Shown in pieces: positions 39,288 through 52,348 of a stretch of DNA of 64,000 nucleotides. The stretch is taken from the NCBI RefSeq assembly GCF_963921235.1, contig NC_086118.1, positions 25,360,001-25,424,000 of the forward strand, given 5' to 3'. The number at the start of each line of letters is the position of its first letter. The stretch's first letter is position 1. The translations under genes and the position numbers were made by a program. Under the pieces are notes generated by a model. That model was not told the DNA's origin. It made no database searches and saw nothing but the letters and a program-made list of their open reading frames with translations. Origin of the DNA: Mobula hypostoma. Its lineage: Eukaryota.

Positions 39288-39612
39288 AGAATATAGAAAA
39301 CCTACAGCACAGTACAGGCCCTTTGACCCACAAAGCTGTGCCGAACAAGTCCTTACCTTAGAAATTACCTGGGGTTACTCATAGCCCTCTATTTTTCTTA
39401 GCTCCATGTATCTATCCAGGAGTCTCTTAAAAGACCCTATCGTACCCGCCTCCACCACCATCTTATACCAAGCAGCTTATACCAAGCACTCACCACTCTC
39501 TGCGTTTTTTAAAAAAAACTTACCCCTGACATCTCCTCTATACCTACTTCCAAGCACCTTAAAACTGTGCCATCTCGTCTTAGCCATTTCAGCCCTGGGA
39601 AAAAGCCTCTGT
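39288..39612 (-). mobile_element. CR1 3'-end fragment (same subfamily as 34180)
   Basis: gaaaacctacagcacagtacaggccc... aligns with 34188-34500. Confidence 0.85.
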
Positions 39613-40150
39613 TTAACAGGTGAAATGTTGCCTCACCTGGAAGGACTATTTGGGGCCCTGAATGGAGGTGAGGGAGGAGATATATAGGCAGGTGTAGTAC
39701 TTAGGCTGCTAGCAGGGATAAGTGCCTGGAGGGAGATTAGTGTGGAGGGACGAATGACAAGGATATCGTGGAGGGAGTGATCTCTACAGAAAGTTGGGAG
39801 AGGGGAGGTAAAGATATAATCAGTGGTAGGATCCCATTTGGAGATGGCTGAAGTTGCAGAGGATAGTGCGTTGGAAGCAGAGGTGGTGGGGTGGTAGGAA
39901 AGGACAAGTGGGACTCTTACCACTATTGAGGTGGTGGGAAGATGGGGTGAGCGTGGATGTACAGGAGATGAAGAAGATACAGGTGGGGGCACCATCAATA
40001 GTAGAGGGAGGGAAACCCCATTCTTTAAAGAAGGAGAAAATCTCATGTCCTGGAACAGAAAGCTACGTCCTGGGAGAAGATGTAGCAGAGGCAAAGAAAC
40101 TGAGAAAAGGGAATAGCTTTTTTGTAGAAGGTGGGTTGGGAAGAGGTGTA

Positions 40151-40478
40151 GACCATAAGGACTCAGCAGAATTAGGCCATTTGGCCCATTGAGTCTGCTC
40201 CACCATTCAATCATGGTTAATTTTTTTTTACCCTTCCTTGGTCCCACTCTCCAGCTTTCTCCCCGTAACCTTTGATGCCGTGTCCAATCAAGAACTGATC
40301 AAGCGCTGCCTTAAATACACCCAACAACCTGGCCTCCACAACTACCTGTGCTAATAAATTCCACAAATTCAGCACCCTCTGGCTAAAGAAATTTCTCCGC
40401 ATCTGTTTTAAATAGACGCCCCTCTATCCTGAGGCTGTGCCCTCTTGTCCTATGTACCCCAACATGGAAAACATCATT
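40151..40478 (-). mobile_element. CR1 3'-end fragment (same subfamily as 509)
   Basis: MRRNFFSQRVLNLWNLL; gaccataag end. Confidence 0.85.
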
Positions 40479-43400
40479 AAGATAACCATGTTAATTAGTA
40501 GGTTTGTAAAAGATGTCAGTTGACAGTTTCTCCAGAGATGGAGCTAGATCGAGAAAGGAGAGGGAGGTGTCAAAGATGGACCAAGTGGTTATTAGAGGCA
40601 AAGTCGATAAAATTGATAAGCTCAGCATGGGTGCATGAAGCAGCACCAATGCAGTCATTAGTGTAGCGGAGGAAGAGTATAATCAGGGAAGGCTTCAAAC
40701 ATAACCAAAAAATTTCTTTCAGTACTTCCACCAAATGATTACTGAATCGCCACTGGGAAAAGCTACAGATGATCTCTTCCTTTGCCACAATATCATGGGC
40801 CTTTTCCTATGCAGTACTGTTCTGAGATGGTCTGGGGTTTATTTTGCCTTTGTTTGACCTGCTGTCTTAATGGGGTCCAGAGCCATTGTTTAGGAGTCCC
40901 TGAACCACTCTGTTAATGTTGCTGGATTGACGGGGATCTTTGTGCTTCTGTGTTTCGGAATTCAGTAACTGGATCTAGAGTACGTCACTATTTATTCTTG
41001 TATTTTTACAATGATTTGATTCATCTGAATGAATTTACCAGGCTATTTTAAGGGAAGTTAGTAGCTTTCCACATTGCTAAAGGATCATATATAGATCAGA
41101 CTGGGTAAGCATGACATTTTGTTTTCTATAGGTTTTTTTTGGATAGTTTAATATATTTAGCATTGCTAATAATATCTTCGCATTCCAAATTTGTTTACTG
41201 ATTTAAAGTTCTCTATCTGTTGCTGATTCTTTTTCTAGGCATTGCTAATTTGGAAATTTAACCTCTTTGCTGCCATTTTAGTTGGAACCATGATTTCAAG
41301 TGGAATTGTTAGAAGTGCTGTCGAAGTTGTGTTGGATTCTGATATTTTTAATCCATGGTTTTCGGAAATTAAAAAAAGGCACAAAATGTGTTACTTCATT
41401 AGTTTATTAAGTGCTAATGGAACAAAGCGGATTGGAAACGGATAGCAACAGGAGTCTAGTTGGGATGGGAAATAAGAAAAATAATGGCAGGCTGATGTGT
41501 TCAGCTCTTTTATGCCATTGATAACAAATTCCATTCAAATATGTAGATAAGAATTAACCAGTCATATAGCCCCTATTCAAATAATGCAATATACCAGAAA
41601 ACTTTACAGAATTTGCAAAGAGCTGTAACCACTAGGGTATACACTAAACAATTGTATATACTACAATGACCACTAGGAATCATGCTAATCAGTTACATGT
41701 ATATAAGTAGTTGTATAAAATACAAGCAATTATTAAACTGTAGAGAAAGTAACAAACATACAGTCTAATCCAACAGTAGCTTTGGGCATACAGTCAACAC
41801 TGGTCACTGGCAGAGATGAAGCTGGAGAAGTAAAGACAGGGAGAAGTGGGAGAAGGACTACACTAAAGGAAAAGTTGGAAGTAGTTAGTCAAGTAAATTA
41901 TTTTGTAGTTTAGATTCAGTATAGGAAATGGATATTGTCATTGATGCCCTGACAAAAGTGTTTTATAACTTGCCAAAAGAGGGCATTGATTGAACCACAT
42001 CTAGCTTTTATTGCAACTTATTTTTGTAAGTGGAGTCAGTGGTGAATTTGTTATGTATTTATGTAACGGATTAGCCTCTATTCGAGAAAGAAATAGGGTT
42101 CTCTGCTTCTGGAGGATGGAGGTTTTTCAAGTTTAAATTTCCATGAAATAAAATTGGAACCCGTTAAAAGAGTGAGGAACATCTACAATATTTTTATTGT
42201 GGGTGGAAAGACACTGATTAAGGGGGTCAAGAAAAAATTGTAATATGTAAAGATAAATTTTGTTACAACTAAGATGAATCACCAGGGCAGTCTGACTTCT
42301 TGTTCCTGGAAAGGAGGTAGAAATGGACTGATTGTGTTAGGGAGTTGAGGACAATTCCTTAAAGGAGATCAGTTGTGTGACAGTCTGAGAAGTGATGGCT
42401 TTACATCTAGTGGTGGCATGGTTGTGTACGGGAAGTATGGGGAAGTTGACTTTTGGCCTTCAGGAGATTAGCGGGTGTCAAGAATTTGTGCTTTAATATG
42501 TTTGATAGTTTGACACAGAAAGATTGATTTCTTTTCTTGGGTGCATCGTGTGTTCAACTGGTTGAGCTTCTGCCTGATAGCCCCAGTCACCCAGATTTGA
42601 TCCTGACCTGTGATGTGCCAGTTTCCTCTCTCAGTCCAAGCCGGTAGGTTAGTACATTGATTGTCACTGTAAATTGTAGGTGAGAGATTCTGGTGCTAGT
42701 TTATGGAATGTGAAGAAAACAAAATTGATTAAGGTAGGTGAATGTAAATAGGTTTGCAATGGTTGACATGGACTTGGTGTTGTATCTCTCCATGGCAATT
42801 ATTTACATTTATGCCATGACATACTCACTGAATTTCATATTCATGGTTAGATTTGCTTGCCTCTGTCTTATTGAATAGATGTTATACAGTTTGTAGTTTG
42901 GTTTTGTTTGCTATATAGTTAGCTGCAGTTAGTGTTCTTTTTAAATCTAGATGTAAATCTAGTAAATCGTCTTTCATTTACAGCATTGGAAGGGTAGAGA
43001 CAAGATCTGCATTGCACAGTTCAGTAATTTAATTTTGCAGATGATTAAATAGGATTGATGGCTATTGATAAATTCTTTAATGTGCTAAAGCTGGTGTAGC
43101 AAGATTTCAGATATGCTTCCAACAGCTGGAAATGCTGTTTTGATTGTTCTGCATGCTGTTATCTCAATGAAAATCAATTGCATCAGTTGTTATTTAAGCT
43201 ATGAAGCTAATAATAAATTCAAATAGCATGTTGAGAGGATGGAGAAATAGTGTATTGTTGAATAGATTATCTTGAATAACTTGGACACTTTTTAGAAGAA
43301 TGATTGATGTGAAAAGGACCTCTTACACAGTAGTCTATTTTTGAATAAACAGTTAAATTCTCTAGAATCAAAAGAACAATTTCAGAGTTTGTGATCAATG

Positions 43401-45368
43401 CTAAATTGGAAATTGTGATTAATGTAGATGATGAGTTAGAAAATATAGAAGAATGTGTGCATAATTATCAAATTAACTTTAGTATAGATAATTTTAATAG
43501 GACTCTGGGATTCCAGAGTTACAGGAAGAAAGAGAACATAGAGTCCTGTAGTATGTAAACAGGCACCTTGACCACCAAGACCATATTGATCTTTGAACAT
43601 CCAAGTACCCTGCTCCTATTTTATTCTCTCCACTTTTCCACCAACTTCTGCAAGATTCTACCATTTGTTTACACACAAAAGGTAATTTTCAGCAGCCAGT
43701 TAATCTACTTAGCTGCAAGTCTTTGGTGTCTGGGAGAAAACCAGAACACAGAAAAAGCATATTTTGTCAAAGGAAATCAAACAATGGAGTTCAGGATTGA
43801 ATCGCTGAGCTATGAGGCAGAACCTTTATTAGTTGCACCACTGTGCTGCCTAAAACACATGTCATTAAAGATAATGTTCAAGGTCAATAAGTCCATAAAT
43901 GATCAAACAAAGCTCTTGGTTTAATTTCTCAGAAAGATGAAGCTAAACTGCAGAGGAGTTGTGGTAAATTCACCAAACAATGGTTAGATTAATGGAGATA
44001 TTTGACTATTTATAGAAGTACTGAAGAAGGTGCAAAAAAAAATTTAATACAAAAAAAAAGCATCTTTAGAAACTGATGGTAACCCAAAATAAATTTAAAG
44101 GATTATTGAAGTTTTTGGTGGTGTATCTATGGAGATGTTTCTTTTTCCAGGCAACACCAAAACTTCAGAAAAAGAGTTCAGGGGTGGTTTGAGGGGTTTA
44201 GGTATGGGAAAATCCAAGCATATTTTCTTCCCCACTGAGGTTGGATGAGACTAGAATTAGAGGTCATGGGTTAAGGGTAAAAGGCAAAGTATGAGGGTGG
44301 TGAAAGTGTGGAACAAGCTACCAGTGGAAGTAGTGGTTGTGGGTTTGATATCAACATTTAAGAGAAGTTTGGACAAGTATATAGATGGGAGTGGTATGGA
44401 GAACAGATCAATGGGATTAGGCAGAGTTATAGTTTGTCATGGATTAGATGGGCCGAAAAACCAGTTTTCTGCGTTGTTGTGCTTTATGACTGAGAGATGA
44501 TTGTTGTTTTGGTGCTGGTAGTATCTTTTAGATGTCAGTAATAACAGGTTAGATTCTGGCTTGTTGGAAATGTACTAAATTGTGATAGACTAGAATAGTA
44601 TTTACCTGTTAACAATTCATCCCTGAACTAGTTGCAAGTGGACATGGGTTAATTTACCATCTGACTGGTTATGAATGGCCTGTCTCTGGAATAAAATACT
44701 GTTAAATCACTAGTCAGCATCAGTAGGGAATAGAAGACCAATGATGAGAAGACAAGATCGGCCTAGGACACTCCCTAAGAAACTCCTGTGACGTTGTCCT
44801 GCCAGGAGAACTGATTCACCTCTGACATCCACAACAATTTGTTTTTGTGCAAAGAATCTCTCTAGCTACTAGAGAACCATTCTTCCTTCAAATTTAGATT
44901 TTGCTGAAACGCTTTGGTGCGGAACTTGGTCCAATCCTGCCTTGAAATCAAGGACAGTTAGTCTTCTGGAATTCAACTCTATTTTCACTGTTTGGAGGTA
45001 TGATGTCAGTTTTGGAGCCAAGAGCCCAATCTGCATGTCAGTGAGAGGGTTATGAGAGAGTAAATGAAATTTGTTAGTGTCTCTTACCATATCTTTCATT
45101 ACTTTGGGAGTTGGCTGAAGGGAAATTATTAGGTAAAAGTATTGGCATCACTCTAATTGCACATACGTTTGTCTTCAGTCCATGGTTGTTATTTCTTGAA
45201 ACTTTTGGTGTTGGCTTCTGATTTTTAGCAATTTTATGAGTTATATTTTTTTTAAAAATTACAAAAGGTTGCATGGTTTGTGAAGGCATTTGTGTTCTTA
45301 ACCTTGCTCCAGCAATTATTCTGAACTTAAGTTATTATGTCTTCTTGCCATTTCAGGCTCATTTCATC

Positions 45369-45451
45369 ATGGATGAGGAAAACCCAGAATTTGCAACCCC
45401 AGAAGAAAAAATTAAGTATTGGAAAGACTTGGCCCTGAAATATAAGAAAAG
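45369..45451 (+). CDS. NDEL1: NudE-like protein, first coding exon (exon 45357-45451): MDEENPEFATPEEKIKYWKDLALKYKK-S
   Basis: Acceptor cttcttgccatttcag at 45356, 12 nt UTR, ATG in atcATGg context, donor AG|gttggt, phase 2; matches the NudE N-terminal YWK.L..KYK motif. Confidence 0.93.
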
Positions 45452-46946
45452 GTTGGTATTAATTCTATATATTTGTTGTTGCACACTACCTGGCAGTCAA
45501 ATTATTCTTTGCTTGTAAGGATCTATTGGTACCTTAAGGTTGTCATAGCTTGGGTGGAGGACTGGGGTGTGGGTTATGCTCCCACTACCTATTAAATGCT
45601 CCCAATGGTGTGCATTGCAAATAGCCTCTGACATCTAAGTCCAGCTCCTGGCCTTTACATGTGGCTTAGCCTGGTGGAACTGTTTCTACTGATGGGAAGA
45701 AGTGGCAAAGGCAGATTACTCGTGCCTTAAAACCAGCCACTCCGGGCAGATGGAGCTCAGTAGCTGTGGTTGGCAGCTCATCTAGGAGATAAAAAACCTG
45801 ACCTCAAACCTCCAGTGCTTTACGGCTATACCTACTCATGGGGAAGGCTTCAGGAGAAAACTCCGAGGAAAAATCCAGAGTTGAAGTCCCTAAGGCAGTA
45901 GTCCTACATTGAGTTCAGTGTTGACTGGCAGCTCCTCTCTGCCACTGGTGCCAGACTGTATTGGTCTCTGTTATTCCTTTGGATTCATCAGCTGTGTGGA
46001 GAGGGGGAGCCTGCTGCATGGGCAACCGCTTGCTCTCCATACCATATCACCCTGGCTTTGTATACAGGCTTATGTATGGACAAGTAGGTCACAACGGAGG
46101 TCAGAACATGAAGGGATACAGTGAGAAAGCAGGAGATTGTGGTTGAGAGGAAAATTGGATCAGCTGACAGGAAATGTGGAGCAGACTTGATGGGACAAAT
46201 GACCTAATTCTGCTCCTATATCTTATGGTGTAACATCCATGGTTGATCCCGACCAATGGAGGGCTTCCTTGAGGATCTGTACATCTGCACAATGATGCGA
46301 TGAATTTTGGTGTACAATTGTTTTTGCTGAAATTATCATATAAACCTAATGATATATCTTCCAGTGTTAGTGCAATAGTTACAGTGACAAGAAAGTTGAA
46401 TCCCAGAAGAGAAAACTGACTGTCCTTGAATTTAAGGAAGCATTGGACCAAGTTCTGCATCAAACAGTTTCAGTAAAATCTAAATTTGAGGAAGAATGAG
46501 TCTTCAATAGCTAGAAATATTCTTTATACAAAAACAAATTTTTGTGGATGTCAGAGTTGGATCACTTCCCCCGGGAGGATGGCATTACAGAAATTTCTTA
46601 AGGAAGTGTCCTAAACCCGATCTTGCGTATTGGTGTTGGTTCTGTGGTGTTCATTTAATTGTAGCTAAAGCAGTTCCATCAAAACAGTGATCAATGGGCT
46701 GTTCTGTGTGCATAAGTTGGCTGTTGCAGTAAGGAGTGTGCAGTGTTTATTGTAAGCACCTGTCTGAGAGTTGAACTGTTAATTATGTAAACACTTTTAG
46801 GTCGCTGCTTTGTTTTGTAGATTTAAAGACAATGTTATTAGTAGATACAAAGTAATATTCCTGCATTTTTAGTACAGCCATTATTTGGTGCTTACAAAGG
46901 TACTGAAACAATGATGTGAACATTGTGGATACTCTATAACCTAAAG

Positions 46947-47995
46947 CGGGCTTTCTCAACCTTTTTGCCCTGGGGGAACCCTCGAAATAACTTTCAGGTC
47001 TCAGGGAATCCCAGCGTAAAAATTATTATATCTACAACTCATGGTACATTAGTATGATCTGTTAATTGTAGATAAAATAATCCAAAAGTAATGGTCAATG
47101 CTCTTTTGAATAGAGGATGAATTTTTAGCCAACTTTCTTGAAATTAATATCTCTCCTTTCATAAATTTTAACAAAACTCATAAGGCAAACATAATGAATT
47201 TCTTTTAAATAATTGGCTTAAGCCAAAATGGAATTTAATTTTTCTAAAGGTAGATTTAATTTAAATAAAGGTTGTAAATTGAAATTAATTAATGCTATTT
47301 ACAACATGAAAATTTATTGACAATGTTGAATAGTAAAGTTACTAAAAAACCATAAGCTAAAAGCAGTGTGAATTAAAATGTAGCCTAAGCCAATTTGCCA
47401 TAGACAAATCACAATGGACTAGGACAACTTGGATCACCAGTCCATGTAAAATCCATTGATAAGTAGCTTTCATTGTGAAGGTAGACTTTTTAAAAAATGT
47501 CTGTTGCTGTTGCACTAGTGAAATTAAATGACTCAGAAGTTTGTAATTCTTCACTAATTCTTTTCAGAATTGTCTGTAGGGCTAGGCCTAGAATCCTCCT
47601 CTTCCATCTCATACCTCCTGTTCAAAAATCGACACACTGGACTGTCTTTAAAATGAAAATTTCCCTCCAATTTTCTACCACGCCAATAGAGTCAGTAACT
47701 CAGTCGGCAGCGCTAAAGGGAAAGTTGGGGGAGGTAATTCGGGAGGAAGAGGCTGATATCACACCCCAAGTTGGGTGAGTCCATTCAATGCTCGGAAAAC
47801 ACACTTCAGGCTACCATCCTCCCCTCCGTGCAATACAGCGCTCGCCCATTATCAACAGCCTCCCCTATCTCGTGTCAAAAACTGAGAATGGACAACCAAA
47901 TAAATACGGTCCTATTGCGTACTGCCATACTGGGCTAAGAGACCTCTAATGAAATTGTTAATGGGGCTGCTCGGTTACCCAGTTGAGAAACCCTC
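46947..47995 (-). mobile_element. hAT-Charlie-like non-autonomous DNA transposon
   Basis: TIRs cgggctttctcaac / gttgagaaaccctc; flanks acctaaag / ccctaaaa (degenerate 8-bp TSD); minus-strand ESYLSMDFTWTGDPSCPSPL remnant resembling the Charlie BED-finger region. Confidence 0.75.
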
Positions 47996-48035
47996 CCCTA
48001 AAATAATGCTGTCCTTGGTTGAAGGTTGTACTGTT

Positions 48036-48037
<2 letters not shown>

Positions 48038-48088
<51 letters not shown>

Positions 48089-48120
48089 GTATGTATGTGT
48101 ATATATATACACACACACAC
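48038..48120. repeat. Compound microsatellite (TG)n(TATG)n(TA)n(CA)n
   Basis: Directly visible. Confidence 0.95.
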
Positions 48121-50023
48121 AATAAATAGACATTTTCTAGAAACTAACTGTTAACATTGTCTTAATCATTTGTTCAATGGCCCTCACCTTTTACATTATA
48201 TTTATGGTTATTTTTAATGTTAAAGCTGCTCCTTCCCTACTGCCTCTAAAAAGTAAGTTGGTCATTGCCAATTTTCAATAGACAATAGGTGGAGGAGTAG
48301 GCCATTCGGCCCTTCGAGCCAGCACCACCATTCACTGTGATCATGGCTGATCATCCACAATCACTACCCTGTTCCTGACTGCTCCCCATATCCCTTGACT
48401 CCACTATCTTTAAGGGCTCTATCTAACTGTTTCTTGAAAGAACCAGAGAATTGGCCTCCACGGCCTTCTGAGGCAGAGCATTCCACAGATCCACAACCCT
48501 CTGTGTGAAAAAGTTCTTCCTCAACTCAGTACTAAATGGTCTACCCCTTATTCTTAAACTGTGACCTCTGGTTCTGGACTCCCCCAACATTGGGAACATG
48601 TTTCCTGCGTCTAGCGTGTCCAATCCCTTAATAATCTTATATGTTCAATCAGATCCCCTCTCATCCTTCTAAATTCCAGTGTATACAAGCCCAGTCGCTC
48701 TAATCTTTCAACATATGACATTCCCGCCATCCCGGGAATTAACCCAGTGAACCTACGCTGCACTCCCTCCATAGCAAGAATGTCCTTCCTCAAATTTGGA
48801 GACCAAAACTGCACACAATACTCCAGGTGGGGTCTCACCAGGGCCTTGTACAACTGCAGAAGGACCTCTTTGCTCCTATACTCAACTCCCCTTGTTACGA
48901 AGGCCAACATGCCATTAGCTTTCTTCACTGCCTGCTGTACCTGTATGCTTACTTTCAGTGACTGATGAACAAGGACACCCAGATCTCATTGTACTTTTCC
49001 TTTTCCTAATCTGACACCATTCAGATAGTAATCTGCCTTCCTGTACTTGCCACCAAAGTGGATAACCTCACATTTATCCACATTAAACTGCATCTGCCGT
49101 GCATCTGCCCACTCACCCAACCTGTTCAAGTCACCCTGTATTCTCATAACATCCTCCTCACATTTCACACTGTCACCCAGCTTTGTGTCATCTGCAAATT
49201 TGCTAATGTTACTTTTAATCCCTTCATCTAAATCATTAATGTATATTGTAAATAGCTGCGGTCCCAGCACTGAGCCTTGCGGTACCCCACTAGTCACCGC
49301 CTGTCATTCTGAAAAGGACCCTACTCTTAATCCCTACTCTTTGTTTTCTGTCTGCCAACCAATTTTCTATCCATGTCAGTACCCTACCCCCAATACCATG
49401 TTCTCTAATTTTGCCCACTAATCTCCTATGTGGGACTTTATCAAAGGCTTTCTGAAAGTCCAGGTACACTACATCCACTGGCTTTCCCATGGCCATTTTC
49501 ATAGTTACATCCTCAAAAAATTCCAGAAGATTAGTCAAGCATGATTTCCCCTTCGTAAATCCATGCTGACTTGGACCTATCCTGCTACTGCTATCCAAAT
49601 ATGCTGCTATTTCATCTTTTATATTTGACTACAGCATCTTCCCCACCGCTGATGTCAGACTAACAGGTCTATAATTGCCTGTTTTCTCTCTCCCTCCTTT
49701 CTTAAAAAGTGGGATAACATTAGCTGCCCTCCAATCCGCAGGAACTGATCCTGAATTTATGGAACATTGGGAAATGATTACCAATGAGTCCACGATTTCC
49801 AGAGCCACCTCCTTAAGTACCCTGGGATGCAGACCATCAGGCCCTGGGGATTTACCACCCATCAGTCCCATCAGTTTACCCAACACCATTTTCTGCCTAA
49901 TGCAAATTTTTTTCAGTTCCTCTGTTACCCTAGGTCCTCTGGCCACTATTACATCTGGGAACAACACACATAAAAGTTGCTGGTGAACGCAGCAGGCCAG
50001 GCAGCATCTCTAGGAAGAGGTGC

Positions 50024-50059
50024 AGTCGACGTTTCAGGCCGAGACCCTTCGTCAGGACT
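50024..50059 (-). ncRNA. Minimal hammerhead ribozyme motif in the inverted arm
   Basis: Reverse complement identical to 52313-52348. Confidence 0.8.
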
Positions 50060-52312
50060 AACTGAAGGAAGAGTGAGTAAGGGATTTGAAAGTTGGAGGG
50101 GGATGGGGAGATCCAAAATGATAGGAGAAGACAGGAGGGGGAGGGATGGAGCCAAGAGCTGGACAGGTGATAGGCAAAACGGATACGAGAGGATCATGGG
50201 ACAAGAGGTCCGGGAAGAAAGACGGGGGTGGGGGGGGACCCAGAGGATGGGCAAGGGGTATATTAGAGGGACAGAGGGAGAAAAAGGAGAGTGAGAGAAA
50301 GAATGTGTGTATAAAAATAAGTAACAGATGGGGTACGAGGGGGAGGTGGGGCATTAGCGGAAGTTAGAGAAGTCGATGTTCATGCCATCAGGTTGGAGGC
50401 TACCCAGATGGAATATAAGGTGTTGTTCCTCCAACCTGAGTGTGGCTTCATCTTTACAGTAGAGGAGGCCGTGGATAGACATGTCAGAATGGGAATGGGA
50501 TGTGGAATTAAAATGTGTGGCCACTGGGAGATCCTGCTTTCTCTGGCGGACAGAGCGTAGATGTTCAGCAAAGCGGTCTCCCAGTCTGCGTCGGGTCTCG
50601 CCAATATATAAAAGGCCACATCGGGAGCACCGGACACAGTATATCACCCCAGCTGACTCACAGGTGAAGTGTTGCCTCACCTGGAAGGACTGTTTGGGGC
50701 CCTGAATGGTGGTAAGGGAGGAAGTGTAAGGGCATGTGTAGCACTTGAACCTAATCAGTTCCCCTCTACCACCACTCTGCTCCGTCTAGCGGAATTAGTC
50801 CTTACTCTTAATAATTTCTCCTTTGGCTCCTCCCACTTCCTCCAAACTAAATATGGGCACCCGTATGGGTCCTAGCTATGCCTGCCTTTTTGTTGGCTTT
50901 GTGGAACAATCTATGTTCCGTGACTATTCTGGTATCTGTCTCCCACTTTTCCTTCGCGATATCGACGACTGCATTGGCGCTGCTTCCTGCACGCATGCAG
51001 AGCTCGTTGACTTTATTAACTTTGCCTCCAACTTTCACCCTGCCCTCAAGTATACCTGGTCCATTTCCGACACCTCCCTCCCCTTTCTAGATCTTTCTGT
51101 CTCTGGAGACAGCTTATCCACTGATGTCTACTATAAGCCTACTGACTCTCACAGCTATCTGGACTATTCCTCTTCTCACCCTGTCTCTTGCAAAAACGCC
51201 ATCCCCTTCTCACAATTCCTCCGTCTCCGCTGCATCTGCCTCAGGATGAGGCTTTTCATTCTAGGACGAGGGAGATGTCTTCCTTTTTTAAAGAAAGGGG
51301 CTTCCCTTCCTCCACTATCAACTCTGCTCTTAAACGCATCTCCCCCCATTTTACGTACAACTGCTCTCACTCCATCCTCTCGCCACCCCACTAGGAATAG
51401 GGTTCCCCTAGTCCTCACCTACCACCCCACCAGCCTCCGGGTCCAAGATATTATTCTCCGTAACTTCCGCCACCTCCAACGGGATCCCACCACTAAGCAC
51501 ATCTTTCCCTCCCCCCCCCCCCCGCATTCCGCAGGGATCGCTCCCTACGCAACTCCCTTGTCCATTCATCCCCCCCATCCCTCCCCACTGATCTCCCTCC
51601 TGGCACTTATCTGTGTCAGTGGAACAAGTGCTACACATGCCCTTACACTTCCTCCCTTACCACCATTCAGGGCCCCAAACAGTCCTTCCAGGTGAGGCAA
51701 CACTTCACCTGTGAGTCAGCTGGGGTGATATACTGCGTCCGGTGCTCCCGATGTGGCCTTTTATATATTGGCGAGACCCGACACAGACTGGGAGACCGCT
51801 TTGCTGAACATCTACGCTCTGTCCGGCAGAGAAAGCAGAATCTCCCAGTGGCCACACATTTTAATTCCACATCCCATTCCCATTCTGACATGTCTAACCA
51901 CGGCCTCCTCTACTGTAAAGATGAAGCCACACTCAGGTTGGAGGAACAACACCTTATATTCTGTCTGGGTAGCCTCCAACCTGATGGCATGAACATCGAC
52001 TTCTCTAACTTACGCTAATGCCCCACCTCCCCCTCGTACCCCATCTGTTACTTATTTTTATACACACATTCTTTCTCTCACTCTCCTTTTTCTCCCTCTG
52101 TCCCTCTAATATACCCCTTGCCCATCCTCTGGGTTCCCCCCGCCCCTTGTCTTTCTTCCCGGACCTCCTGTCCCATGATCCTCTCGTATCCCTTTTGCCT
52201 ATCACCTGTCCAGCTCTTGGCTCCATCCCTCCCCCTCCTGTCTTCTCCTATCATTTTGGATCTCCCCCTCCCCCTCCAACTTTCAAATCCCTTACTCACT
52301 CTTCCTTCAGTT

Positions 52313-52348
52313 AGTCCTGACGAAGGGTCTCGGCCTGAAACGTCGACT
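52313..52348 (+). ncRNA. Minimal hammerhead ribozyme motif (sense in NDEL1 intron 2)
   Basis: agtc-CTGACGA-agggtctcggcct-GAAA-c-GTC-gact; predicted cleavage after 52344. Confidence 0.8.

Larger units (their letters stand above)
38212..40700 (-). mobile_element. Older Penelope-like element broken by three nested insertions
   Basis: Terminal-repeat-like 38212-38557, GIY-YIG-like 39074-39287, VPLVLSYHPT region 39613-40150, RT motif LFLRYTNDCIGAASCTHAELINFIDFASN at ~40590-40680. Confidence 0.82.

Noticed and set aside
45273..45518. 81-aa ORF as a complete gene
   Set aside because: Only 45369-45451 is coding; the flanks are intron read-through.
50354..52018. GIY-YIG and RT as a retron-like or domesticated system
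   Set aside because: Standard PLE domain order, frameshifted, 5'-truncated, multi-copy and bounded by a TSD.
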